Below are positions 9,064 through 18,400 of a stretch of DNA of 34,746 nucleotides, one piece after another. Both the position numbers and the translations under genes were made by a program. The notes under the pieces are model-generated. The model was not told the DNA's origin and ran no database searches. It worked only from the letters and a program-made list of their open reading frames with translations. The DNA is from Erysipelotrichaceae bacterium (GTDB lineage: Bacteria; Bacillota_I; Bacilli_A; Erysipelotrichales; Erysipelotrichaceae): positions 1 to 34,746 of the forward strand of contig JAFOMB010000212.1 of NCBI GenBank assembly GCA_017419065.1. Direction: 5' to 3'. How positions within the stretch are numbered: position 1 is the stretch's first letter; every line of letters begins with the position of its first letter.

Positions 9064-10077
9064 ATGAACATACTCGTTACCGGAGGAACCGGCTTTATCG
9101 GTTCCCATACCTGTGTTGAACTGCTGAACAACGGCCATCAGGTCGTCATTCTCGACAATCTCTACAACTCCAACATCCACGTCTTAGAGAGGATCGGAAA
9201 GCTGACCGGCGTCACTCCGAAGTTCTATGAGACGGACATCCGCGACAAGGAGGGACTCAAGAAGGTCTTTGAAGAGAATCGCTTTGACGCCTGCATCCAC
9301 TTTGCGGGACTCAAGGCTGTCGGAGAATCTGTTTCCAAGCCGCTGTTCTACTATCAGAACAATATCGAAGGTTCTCTGAATCTCTATGAATGCCTGATCG
9401 CCTACGGTGTCAAGAACATCGTCTTCTCTTCGAGTGCCACTGTTTACGGCGACAACTTCGAAGCCCCGTTCAAAGAGGAATACGGCAGAGGAACGACGAC
9501 GAACCCGTACGGAAGCACCAAGCTGATGAACGAGATCATCATCGAAGATCTCTGCAAGGCCAACGAGGGCATGTCCGCGGTCTTATTGAGATACTTCAAC
9601 CCGATCGGTGCCCATGAATCCGGACTCTTGGGCGAAGTGCCGAACGGCATCCCGAACAACCTGGTCCCGTATATCGCCAGAGTGGCAGAAGGCAAGCTGG
9701 ACCGTCTCAACGTCTTCGGCGATGACTACGATACTGTTGACGGTACCGGTGTCAGAGACTACATCCACGTCGTCGATCTGGCCAGAGCCCATGTCAAGGC
9801 CGTAGAATACGCAGACAAGCATACAGGATGCGAAGTCATCAACGTCGGCAGCGGCAAGGGCTACAGTGTCCTGGAAGTCCTGCACGCCTATGAGAAGGCC
9901 TGCGGAAAGACACTGCCGTATGTCGTAGCTCCGAGAAGGCCGGGTGATATCGCTACCTCTTATGCGGCAACTGACAAGGCCAAGGAACTGCTGGGATTTG
10001 AAACGGAATACGACATCGAAAAGATGTGTGCGGATTCTTATCACTTCTCGGTCATGAATCCGAACGGTATTGAATAA
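9064..10077 (+). CDS. galE: UDP-glucose 4-epimerase
   Basis: The call rests on ILVTGGTGFIGSHT (Rossmann), the SSSATVYG...YGSTK catalytic S/YxxxK, and LRYFNPIGAH. AGGAGG RBS. Confidence 0.9.
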   Translation: MNILVTGGTGFIGSHTCVELLNNGHQVVILDNLYNSNIHVLERIGKLTGVTPKFYETDIRDKEGLKKVFEENRFDACIHFAGLKAVGESVSKPLFYYQNNIEGSLNLYECLIAYGVKNIVFSSSATVYGDNFEAPFKEEYGRGTTTNPYGSTKLMNEIIIEDLCKANEGMSAVLLRYFNPIGAHESGLLGEVPNGIPNNLVPYIARVAEGKLDRLNVFGDDYDTVDGTGVRDYIHVVDLARAHVKAVEYADKHTGCEVINVGSGKGYSVLEVLHAYEKACGKTLPYVVAPRRPGDIATSYAATDKAKELLGFETEYDIEKMCADSYHFSVMNPNGIE

Positions 10078-10124
10078 CTATAAATTTATCGATAAATAGT
10101 ACATTAAAAACATCATTGAATATG

Positions 10125-10154
10125 TTGACATATTTCATGATGTTTTTATATACT
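10125..10154 (+). promoter_or_regulatory. Sigma-A type promoter of the cell-envelope operon
   Basis: A consensus TTGACA lies at 10125-10130. The -10 is TATATA or TATACT at 10147-10154 (16-18 nt spacer), in an AT-rich gap after galE. Confidence 0.6.
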
Positions 10155-10187
10155 TTAGTTGTGAGCAGAAAAGTCTCTTTTCAGAAT

Positions 10188-10388
10188 ATGCTGGACTCCC
10201 TGATCCCGATCTCGGTACTCAATCAGGGAAAGGCAGCCAAGATCATTTCTTCGCTCCAGAAGGATGAAGTGAAGATCATCGTCAAGAACAATGAGCCGAT
10301 GGCGGCGATTGTTCCTATTTCACGTTTCTCGGAACTCTGCGAGACAGAAGAGAAATGGCTGTCGGAAAGGGAAAAGGAAAATGAGTAA
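10188..10388 (+). CDS. Phd/YefM-like (antitoxin-fold) small protein, 66 aa
   Basis: IPISVLNQGKAAKIISSLQKDEVKIIVKNNEPMAAIVPISRFSEL matches the Phd/YefM N-terminal pattern (nnlsell..v..ge.v.Itk.g.p.AvlvS.e.ye.l). I start it at ATG 10188 because the track start at 10116 lies on top of the promoter. No clear SD. Confidence 0.5.
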   Translation: MLDSLIPISVLNQGKAAKIISSLQKDEVKIIVKNNEPMAAIVPISRFSELCETEEKWLSEREKENE

Positions 10389-11331
10389 ACAGAGAAGGGT
10401 ACGCAAAGACCGTGTTTTTCTGCTGATCATAGCAGCCATCGTCCTGGTATGTCTGATCGGCGTCGCCATATTCTTTCTGATGGATGAACCGGAGAAACCG
10501 GCAGACCCGGTAAAACCGGATGTTCCAAGCGATGTGACAAAGAAGACCGTTTCCACGGAACTCCTGGACTATGAAGTCTATGAAGACAGGGAAGGGGAAC
10601 TGGGCTTTGATTTCGTTCTGGCAAAGATCCGCTTCAAAGCGGAAGAGAGCGCCGATTTCGATCTGAAGGATCTCGAGACTTCCCAGAAGGTCAATCTTTC
10701 CGATACAGAGAAATACACAAAGAAACTCACAGAGAAGAAATACAGTCTTGAAGACAAGAATGTTTCCAGGAAGATCAATACCATCAACAAGGAAGCCGAT
10801 GCCTGGGTCTTTGTCCCTGTGACGAAAAAGGAAAGCAGCATCGTCCTCTACAACAAGCAGGACGGCTACGGCATGAGCATCGACCTCACAAAGAACATCA
10901 GGGAACTCTCCTCCTTAAAGAAAGAGAGCGACGGTAATGTCGTCGATGACTTGGGACGCTATGACATCCGCATCTCGGATTCTTTCGTCTCGACCATGAT
11001 GATGAAAAACGGAGAAGACTATGCCTTCCCGTCTGATTCGACTGTCTATACATTCAAACTGAAGATCAACGAAGCGGAAGAGGGGATCCGTATCCTCGAC
11101 GCGGAATTCGTCCAGACCTCTACCGGGAATACCTATAAGGCGCTTGATTCGTCCTATGAGTCCCGCAAGCTCGACAATATCATCGGCAGAAACCTCGCGG
11201 AAGTCGATGACAGCATGGCTCTCTTCTTTGAAGTCTATGAAGAGGGCGGCTCTCATGACTATACCGGTACTTTACGTCTCAGTTTCTCCGGCTCGGAAGG
11301 CTGGAAGGAATTCTCCACAGAACTGCGCTGA
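10381..11331 (+). CDS. Bitopic membrane protein, function unknown (N-in single TM, Pro-rich linker, beta-rich ectodomain)
   Basis: It starts at ATG 10381 (MSKQRRVRKDR plus the hydrophobic VFLLIIAAIVLVCLIGVAIFFL) and overlaps the upstream stop by 8 nt (ATGAGTAA). Two segments resemble DUF4352-type beta-sandwich repeats, but this is my pattern impression only. Confidence 0.7.
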   Translation: MSKQRRVRKDRVFLLIIAAIVLVCLIGVAIFFLMDEPEKPADPVKPDVPSDVTKKTVSTELLDYEVYEDREGELGFDFVLAKIRFKAEESADFDLKDLETSQKVNLSDTEKYTKKLTEKKYSLEDKNVSRKINTINKEADAWVFVPVTKKESSIVLYNKQDGYGMSIDLTKNIRELSSLKKESDGNVVDDLGRYDIRISDSFVSTMMMKNGEDYAFPSDSTVYTFKLKINEAEEGIRILDAEFVQTSTGNTYKALDSSYESRKLDNIIGRNLAEVDDSMALFFEVYEEGGSHDYTGTLRLSFSGSEGWKEFSTELR

Positions 11332-11333
11332 TC

Positions 11334-14255
11334 ATGAAAAGAAAACTGTTTCTCATTCTCCTGTGTCTGAACATGCTGATACCGTGTATCGGCATTTTTG
11401 CAGGAGAAAAGGTCCATGCCGGCATGGAGACGGATTACGCCTATCACTGTGCTGTCAACTATGAGATCTCTGAGATCGGTGACGACGGCGCTTTACGATA
11501 CGTGAGCTGTCATTCTACCTACGAGGACGCAAAGGCTTCCTTTGACGGCATGAACGGCGACTATGTCATCCGCAACCGCTACTCCCTGTCTCCGACAAAG
11601 ATCGTGGCGATGAAGTCCGGCTATGTCTACACCTATCCGGGAAGAAGCGGCAGCATCACGATGAAGATCTATGAACTGCCTTCCTTCAAAACGGAAGAGG
11701 CGACCTATACCTATCTGACCAACCACTGGCAGATGGAATACGTAGATACCTATCGCGTCTATGACAACGGTACCGGCTGCGTCCATGTGAATCTGCAGGG
11801 CTATGACGGCTATACCGATCTGGAATACACCGATCTCGTCCCCAGCAAATACATCGATCTCGGTATCGGGATCTGGCTGGGCGGCTATAACAGCTATGAA
11901 TCCGAAAGTCCGTTCTATGTCATACCTCGTGCCGACTACTATGAAGTCGTCCGCAACGGGAACTATCTCGATCTGCGTTTCGTCTATCATCAGATGTATC
12001 CGAAGAAGAACAGCTGGGAACCGGTCACCTATACCACTGTCATCGGTCCGGCCATGCCTTTTATGGAAGAGGGGAAGCGCTACTACTCCTCCAACGGCTA
12101 TGACTTCTATAACGATACGAAGGGAATGTCCTACGCGGGAAGCGGTCTGAACTACTACAATTATCTGCCGCTCAGATCCCGTACTGCCATCTCAGCCAAC
12201 GTACTGGAGAGCTATCTCAACTCCAAGATCGGCAGCACCTATTCCGCACTAAGAGGCAATGCCCATTACTTTACGGAATATCAGGAGATCTACGGCATGA
12301 ACGCCCTCCTGGTCTACTCCATGGCTTTACACGAATCGGCGTATGGTACCCATGGCTATGCGACGAAGTACTACAACTTCTTCGGCTGGTCAGCCTATGA
12401 CAGCAATCCGTCCAACGCAACGCATTACAATGACGCTGCCGGCGCGATCAGAGCTCATATGGGCTACAATCTGACGGCCTACCTGGATACTTATGACTGG
12501 CGCCACATGTCCTCTTCTCTTGGAAGCAAGGGCACCGGCATCAACGTCCAGTATGCCTCCGATCCTTACTGGAGCCTCAAGATCTCTTCCTACGCCTATG
12601 ACATCGACAAGTACGCAAACAACTACAACGGCAGTCTCACGGACTACGACACCTATGAGATGGCTGTGGTCTTACAGACCGGGACGCCGGTAAAGACAGC
12701 TCCAAACGCGAACGCGTCGAATTACTATACGATCCACGCCGGACGCTCTCCTTACTATCTCCATAACTATACGGTCATCGTACTGGAGAGACAGGACGGC
12801 TACGCCAAGATACAGACGACCAATTCCATCCTCAACGGTGTCGTCTATACCAACAAGGGCGCTTCCGATTCGAATCTCATCCTCTACAACTTCGATCAGT
12901 CCGTCGGCTATATCGCCGATTCCGCGCTTCTCTATCAGAAAGCCAGAGAGCCGGGGAGCTTTATCGGCAACGTCGACAGGCTGAGTCTGGATGAGACGAC
13001 ATTATCGCTCAGAGGCGTTTCCTACCGGGAATACCTGGAAGCAGCTGATCCAAGTGCCATCCATGTATCTGCCAAACTGAAAGGCCCGATCGAGAGGAGT
13101 TACGCCTTACCGGTCTCTGTGAACGGGGATGAAGTCAAATACTGGGCCGACATCAAAGTCAACGATCTTCCGCTAGGTGACTATACCGTCTCCATCAGCA
13201 CGCATTATGATGATGCGGCAGAGTATGACGGCTCCTTCCTGGCAAGTTTTGAAGACCTGCCGTCTGCCCGTATCATGGACAACGGTCTGGTATCGCTCAG
13301 AAAAGAAAACAACGTGATGGTGATCAGCGTTTCCAGTCTTTTAGGAGCTGTGGATGCGATCGACCGCTATTCCGGTTCCAATCGCTATAAGACTTCCATA
13401 CGTGCTGCGGAAGCTCTCCGGGAGACAATGGGGATCGGGGCCTTCGATGCGTTCGTCCTGACGACCGGGAAGAACTTCGCTGATGCCCTGAGTGGTTCTG
13501 TCTTTGCCTCTTCAATGAATGCGCCGCTGCTTCTGATCGATGAAAGCGCTGCAGGATCCATCGTGGACTACATCCGCATCAGAGGAAGCGAAAACGCCAA
13601 AGTATACGTCCTGGGCGGGGAAGGGGCTGTCGCCTCCTCCTGGCTCTCCGGCATCTCCTCTGACAGGATCATCCGCTATCAGGGAAAAGACCGCTACGAT
13701 ACCAACCTGCAGATCCTGAAGTCACTGAACAGGGAAAGCGGGATCCTGCTGGTCGCCTCCGGAAGTTCCTATCCGGATGCCCTGTCGGCTTCTTCACTTC
13801 CATATCCGCTCATGTTGACAGCGAAGATGCTGAAGCCGGAACAGAAGGAATACCTGAGAGAGAATCCGCCGCAGAAGATCTATATACTCGGAGGAACCGG
13901 TGCTGTCTCCGTGGAACTCGAAGAAGAGCTGAAAGGCTATGGCGAAGTGGTGCGTATCAGCGGCAGCAACCGCTATGAGACCTCTGTGAGGATCGCCGAG
14001 ACCTTCTTTGAAGGCAATACCGGGATCCTGATGATATCGGGAACCAATTATCCGGACGGCTTATCCGCAGGACCTCTGGCCGCTTATAAGAACATGCCGG
14101 TCATCCTCCTGAAGGAAGGATCTGCTTCCTATGCCCGGAATTACGTTTCAGCAAGAGGACTGACAGAGGCGGTCGCGGTAGGCGGTACTGCCATTCTGAA
14201 GGACAGTGTGCTATTATCAGTATTTGAAAACAAGGACCTTGTGATCGCAAGATAA
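11334..14255 (+). CDS. Secreted peptidoglycan hydrolase: N-acetylglucosaminidase domain plus 3x cell-wall-binding repeat 2 (CWB2)
   Basis: The signal peptide is MKRKLFLILLCLNMLIPCIGIFAGEKVHA. The glucosaminidase core is YGMNALLVYSMALHESAYGT...YYNFFGWSAYD. An SH3-like segment follows. The three C-terminal CWB2 units are RYSGSNRYKTS...FADALSG, RYQGKDRYDTN...YPDALSA and RISGSNRYETS...YPDGLSA. Confidence 0.85.
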   Translation: MKRKLFLILLCLNMLIPCIGIFAGEKVHAGMETDYAYHCAVNYEISEIGDDGALRYVSCHSTYEDAKASFDGMNGDYVIRNRYSLSPTKIVAMKSGYVYTYPGRSGSITMKIYELPSFKTEEATYTYLTNHWQMEYVDTYRVYDNGTGCVHVNLQGYDGYTDLEYTDLVPSKYIDLGIGIWLGGYNSYESESPFYVIPRADYYEVVRNGNYLDLRFVYHQMYPKKNSWEPVTYTTVIGPAMPFMEEGKRYYSSNGYDFYNDTKGMSYAGSGLNYYNYLPLRSRTAISANVLESYLNSKIGSTYSALRGNAHYFTEYQEIYGMNALLVYSMALHESAYGTHGYATKYYNFFGWSAYDSNPSNATHYNDAAGAIRAHMGYNLTAYLDTYDWRHMSSSLGSKGTGINVQYASDPYWSLKISSYAYDIDKYANNYNGSLTDYDTYEMAVVLQTGTPVKTAPNANASNYYTIHAGRSPYYLHNYTVIVLERQDGYAKIQTTNSILNGVVYTNKGASDSNLILYNFDQSVGYIADSALLYQKAREPGSFIGNVDRLSLDETTLSLRGVSYREYLEAADPSAIHVSAKLKGPIERSYALPVSVNGDEVKYWADIKVNDLPLGDYTVSISTHYDDAAEYDGSFLASFEDLPSARIMDNGLVSLRKENNVMVISVSSLLGAVDAIDRYSGSNRYKTSIRAAEALRETMGIGAFDAFVLTTGKNFADALSGSVFASSMNAPLLLIDESAAGSIVDYIRIRGSENAKVYVLGGEGAVASSWLSGISSDRIIRYQGKDRYDTNLQILKSLNRESGILLVASGSSYPDALSASSLPYPLMLTAKMLKPEQKEYLRENPPQKIYILGGTGAVSVELEEELKGYGEVVRISGSNRYETSVRIAETFFEGNTGILMISGTNYPDGLSAGPLAAYKNMPVILLKEGSASYARNYVSARGLTEAVAVGGTAILKDSVLLSVFENKDLVIAR

Positions 14256-14265
14256 AGGAGAAGAT

Positions 14266-15261
14266 ATGTATTTTTTCAAAAGACTGTTTCAGATAGATGT
14301 TAAGAGGATGTTTACGACTATTAAAAAGATCGCCAGGAGATCGCATAAGCCGTTCCTCTTCATCTTCCTTGATGTCATCAACTGTGCCTTCCGCTATGGG
14401 GCAGGCTATATGGACTACTTCGTCTTCAACTTCGAGGAATTAAGCGCCAAACAGAGGGAGACCTATATCACCCGTACTGTCAACAACAACTACTTCCTGA
14501 AGATGAATGATCGAAGCTACTATCACATCTTCAATGACAAGACAGAATTCTTAGAGATATACAAAGAGTTCATCAGGAGAGATCATATCGATCTGAGGAC
14601 CTGCAGTGAAGAAGATTATGAAGCCTTCGTGAAGAAACATCCGGTCTTCATGGGAAAACCGGTAGACGGCCAGTGCGGCTACGGCATCGAGATCGTCGAT
14701 ACCCATGGCCGGGATCTCAAGGAAGTCAAAGCGGAACTGGAGAGAAAGACCCAGTATCTCTTAGAAGAAAAGATCGTCCAGAACGAAGAACTGAGCAGGT
14801 TGTATCCTTGTTCGATCAACACGATCAGAGTCGTGACCTGTTATAAGAACGGGGAGTGCAGCATCCTGTTTACAGCCCTCCGTATCGGCAACAATGGCAA
14901 GCATGTCGACAACTTCAACAACGGCGGCATGTTCTCGGTCATCGATGAAGACGGTGTCATCCGAAAACCGGCTATCGATAAGGAGGGGGTGGAATACGAG
15001 ATCCATCCGTATACCGGTACACCGATCATCGGCTTTAAGATCCCGATGTTCAAAGAGATCATCGAACAGTGCAAGAAGATGGCAGCCATCACCCCGCAGG
15101 TAGGCCTTACCGGCTGGGATATGTGTGTAACAGACAAGGGGATCGATGTCGTCGAAGGCAATCAGCTGCCTGGCTACGACATCTATCAGTCAAGATGCCA
15201 TCTCAATAAAGACCGCATGGGTCTCAAGCCGAGATTCGACGCGGCCATCTACAAAGACTGA
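14266..15261 (+). CDS. ATP-grasp enzyme, sugar-transfer-associated (ATPgrasp_ST/TupA-like) family
   Basis: An AAGGAG RBS lies 5 nt upstream. FMGKPVDGQCGYGIEIV, INTIRVVT, LRIGNNGKHVDNFNNGGMFSVID and GWDMCVTDKGIDVVEGNQLPG match my recollection of this ATP-grasp clade. The family assignment needs an HMM check. Confidence 0.6.
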   Translation: MYFFKRLFQIDVKRMFTTIKKIARRSHKPFLFIFLDVINCAFRYGAGYMDYFVFNFEELSAKQRETYITRTVNNNYFLKMNDRSYYHIFNDKTEFLEIYKEFIRRDHIDLRTCSEEDYEAFVKKHPVFMGKPVDGQCGYGIEIVDTHGRDLKEVKAELERKTQYLLEEKIVQNEELSRLYPCSINTIRVVTCYKNGECSILFTALRIGNNGKHVDNFNNGGMFSVIDEDGVIRKPAIDKEGVEYEIHPYTGTPIIGFKIPMFKEIIEQCKKMAAITPQVGLTGWDMCVTDKGIDVVEGNQLPGYDIYQSRCHLNKDRMGLKPRFDAAIYKD

Positions 15262-15262
15262 C

Positions 15263-15290
15263 AAAAGGCCTCAGAAGAGGTCTTTTCTTA
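15263..15290 (+). terminator. Rho-independent terminator ending the cell-envelope operon
   Basis: AAGGCCTC-agaa-GAGGTCTT forms an 8-bp stem (one G-U) followed by a T-rich tail, 4 nt after the stop. Confidence 0.55.
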
Positions 15291-15453
15291 TACGTTTATA
15301 AAATAAATACAACTGTTCATTTTTCCGGAGATGGAAACAGGCTGTACAAATGACTCCTTTCTTTCTCCGGATAGGGGAATTCTTTTCTTTTTATATAGAA
15401 ATGGGTACTCGAAATGCGTTATAATAGTTTCGGCAATTTAGGAGGACAATGAA

Positions 15454-18400
15454 ATGGAAAAAGTATTTCAATCCATGGATGGGAATACCGCTACCGCCCA
15501 TTGCGCGTATGCGTTCACTGAAGTAGCGTGTATCTATCCGATCACTCCGTCTTCTCCGATGGCTGAAGTTATCGATACCTGGGCAACTGAGGGTAGAAAG
15601 AACATCTTCGGCCAGACGGTCAAGGTTGTGGAAATGCAATCGGAAGGCGGCGCTGCCGGAGCTATCCATGGCGCCTTACAGGGAGGTGCTTTAGCAGCTA
15701 CCTTCACTGCTTCTCAGGGCTTCTTACTGATGATCCCGAACATGTACAAGCTGGCTGGCGAACTCCTGCCGGGTGTTATCCACACATCCGCCAGATCCTT
15801 AGCAGGCAGAGCTCTGTCTATCTTCGGTGACCACCAGGATATCTACTCCGCAAGACAGACGGGCATGTGCATTCTCGCATCCCACTCTGTTCAGGAATGT
15901 ATGGACCTCGCCGGTGTCGCTCACTTAAGCGCCATCAAGGGTTCCTTACCGTTCATCCACTTCTTCGATGGATTCCGTACATCTCACGAGATCCAGAAGA
16001 TCGAAGTCATGGATCAGGAATTCCTCAAGAGCCTCGTTGACATGGAATGTGTCGAGAAGTTCAAAGCCAACGCTCTGAACCCTCATTCCAACCCGGTCGC
16101 CAGAGGCGGTGCGGAAAACGATGACATCTACTTCGCTGCCAGAGAAGCCGCTAACGGCTACTATGACGCAATGCCGGATATCGTCGCCTACTACATGAAG
16201 AAGATCTCCGAACACACCGGAAGAGACTATGCTCCGTTCACATACTACGGTGATCCGGAAGCTGATAAGGTCATCATCGCGATGGGTTCTGTTACAGAGA
16301 CGATCAAGGAAACGATCGATGCTTTACGCGAACAGGGCGAAAAGGTCGGTCTCATCAAGGTCCATCTGTACCGTCCGTTCTCTCTCAAGTATCTCGAAGC
16401 TGTTCTTCCGGCAACTGCCAAGAAGATCGCTGTCCTCGACAGAACGATCGAATCCGGCGCCAGAGAACCGTTATTCTTAGATGTCTGCAACGCTTTACGT
16501 CATCACACAGACCTCACGATCGTCGGCGGCCGTTACGGTTTATCTTCCCGTGACACTGCTCCGAACCAGATCAAGGCTGTCTATGATGAACTGAAGAAGG
16601 ATGCTCCGGCTGAAGAATTCACGATCGGTGTCGATGATGATGTCACACATCTCTCCTTACCAGTCGATCCGGATTTCCATGTATCCGCAGACTACACATC
16701 CTGCCTCTTCTATGGTCTGGGTTCTGATGGTACTGTCGGTGCCAACAAGTCCTCCGTCAAGATCATCGGCGACAATACCGATCAGTATGCGCAGGCTTAC
16801 TTCCAGTACGACTCCAAGAAGGCCGGCGGTGTCACAAGATCTCACCTGAGATTCGGTCCGACACCGATCCGTTCTACTTACTATGTCGATAACGCTGACT
16901 TCATCTCCTGCTCTCTTGATTCCTACTGCTTCAAGTATGATATGATCAAGAACCTGAAGAAGGGCGGTACCTTCTTACTGAATACGACATTCGCTCCGGA
17001 AGAACTCGAACAGCACCTCCCGAACAGAATGCTGGCTCAGTTAGCGAAGAAAGAAGCCAAGTTCTATATCATCGACGCTACCAAGATCTGTGCCGAGATC
17101 GGCATGGGCAGAAGAACCAACACGACTTTACAGTCTGCCTTCTTCGCTCTGAATGAACAGATCATGCCTTATGACAAGGCTCTTGACCTCATGAAGTACA
17201 TGGCTAAGAAGACTTACTCCAGAAAGGGTGAGGATGTCGTCGCCATGAACTACAAGGCCATCGATGCCGGTAAGGCAGGTCTCGTCGAGATCCCGGTCAA
17301 GCCGGAATGGGCTGACCTCGAATACGACGCCAACCTCTTCGAAAAGACTGGCGACGCTTACTTCGACAACCATGTCCAGATGATCAACGCCCTCAACGGC
17401 TATGATCTCCCGGTCTCCAACTTCTTAAAGTACGGATTACCGGACGGCTCCTTACAGCCGAACGTCTCCTTCCGTGAGAAGAGAACGATCGCTGTCCAGG
17501 TCCCTAGATGGAATCCGGAAAACTGTATCCAGTGTAACTTCTGTTCGATGGTATGTCCGCATGCGACGATCCGTCCGGTCTTACTGACTGATGAAGAGAT
17601 CGCTGCTGCGCCGATGGCATTCGAAACGGTCCCGGCTATGGGCAAGGGCGTCGAAGGCATCAAGTTCAGAGTCCAGGTCTCTCCGGCTAACTGTGTCGGA
17701 TGTGGTCTCTGTGCTGCGGAATGTCCAGGGAAGGCCGGCAACAAGGCCCTCACTATGGTCGACATCAACCTCGAACTCGACAAAGAGCCTCTGGCAGACT
17801 ACCTCTTCAAGAAGGTTCCGGCCAAGACTCAGTACTATCCGACAAATACTGTCAAGGGTTCTCAGTTCCTGAAGCCTTACTTCGAAGTTTCCGGTGCGTG
17901 CCCGGGCTGCGGTGAAGCTCCTTACTACAAGCTGGTCTCTCAGCTCTTCGGTAAAGACATGATGGTCGCCAACGCTACTGGCTGCTCCATGATCTACTGC
18001 TCCAGTGCTCCGTCTACACCGTTCGTCAAGGACGAAAACGGCGAAGGTATCGCATGGGCTAACTCCTTATTCGAAGATAACGCTGAATACGGCTTCGGTA
18101 TGGCTGTCGCTCAGAACTACAAGGAAGCAAGGATCCTGTCCATCATGGAACAGAACCTCGATTCCGACTGCGGCGAAGTCTTCAAGAAGTACCTCGAAGC
18201 AGGCAATGACAGAGACGCTCAGAGAGCTCTCAAAGATGAGGTCATCGCAGCTGTCAAGGCTTCTTCCAACGAAGCTGTCAAGGAACTCCTCGACTTCGAA
18301 AGAGACCTCGTCTCCAAGTCTGTCTGGATCGTCGGCGGCGACGGCTGGGCATACGATATCGGCTACGGCGGACTTGACCACGTTCTCGCCAACAATCTGA

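Noticed and set aside
10084-10097. The palindrome ATTTATCGATAAAT as the galE terminator.
   Set aside because: It is a loop-less, all-AT-rich palindrome with no U tract, so it is not a credible intrinsic terminator. It is kept only as a possible DNA operator in the finding on the envelope operon.
10116-10187. A longer start (10116) for the Phd-like ORF.
   Set aside because: The extension sits on top of the TTGACA / -10 promoter elements and encodes a hydrophobic peptide (MNMLTYFMMFLYTLVV) that does not fit the Phd fold. If the promoter call is right, it cannot be transcribed from that promoter.
10078-15300. The four-gene envelope operon as a horizontally acquired island.
   Set aside because: By eye, base composition and codon style match the flanking genes. 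I saw no flanking direct repeats, integrase or tRNA. Testing this would need comparative genomics rather than this window.
15324-15370. An imperfect hairpin, CCGGAGA...TCTCCGG, between the envelope operon terminator and the PFOR promoter.
   Set aside because: The stem is only 7 clean bp with a ~33-nt interior, and the element lies outside any predicted transcript leader. This is not enough to call an RNA element or an operator.
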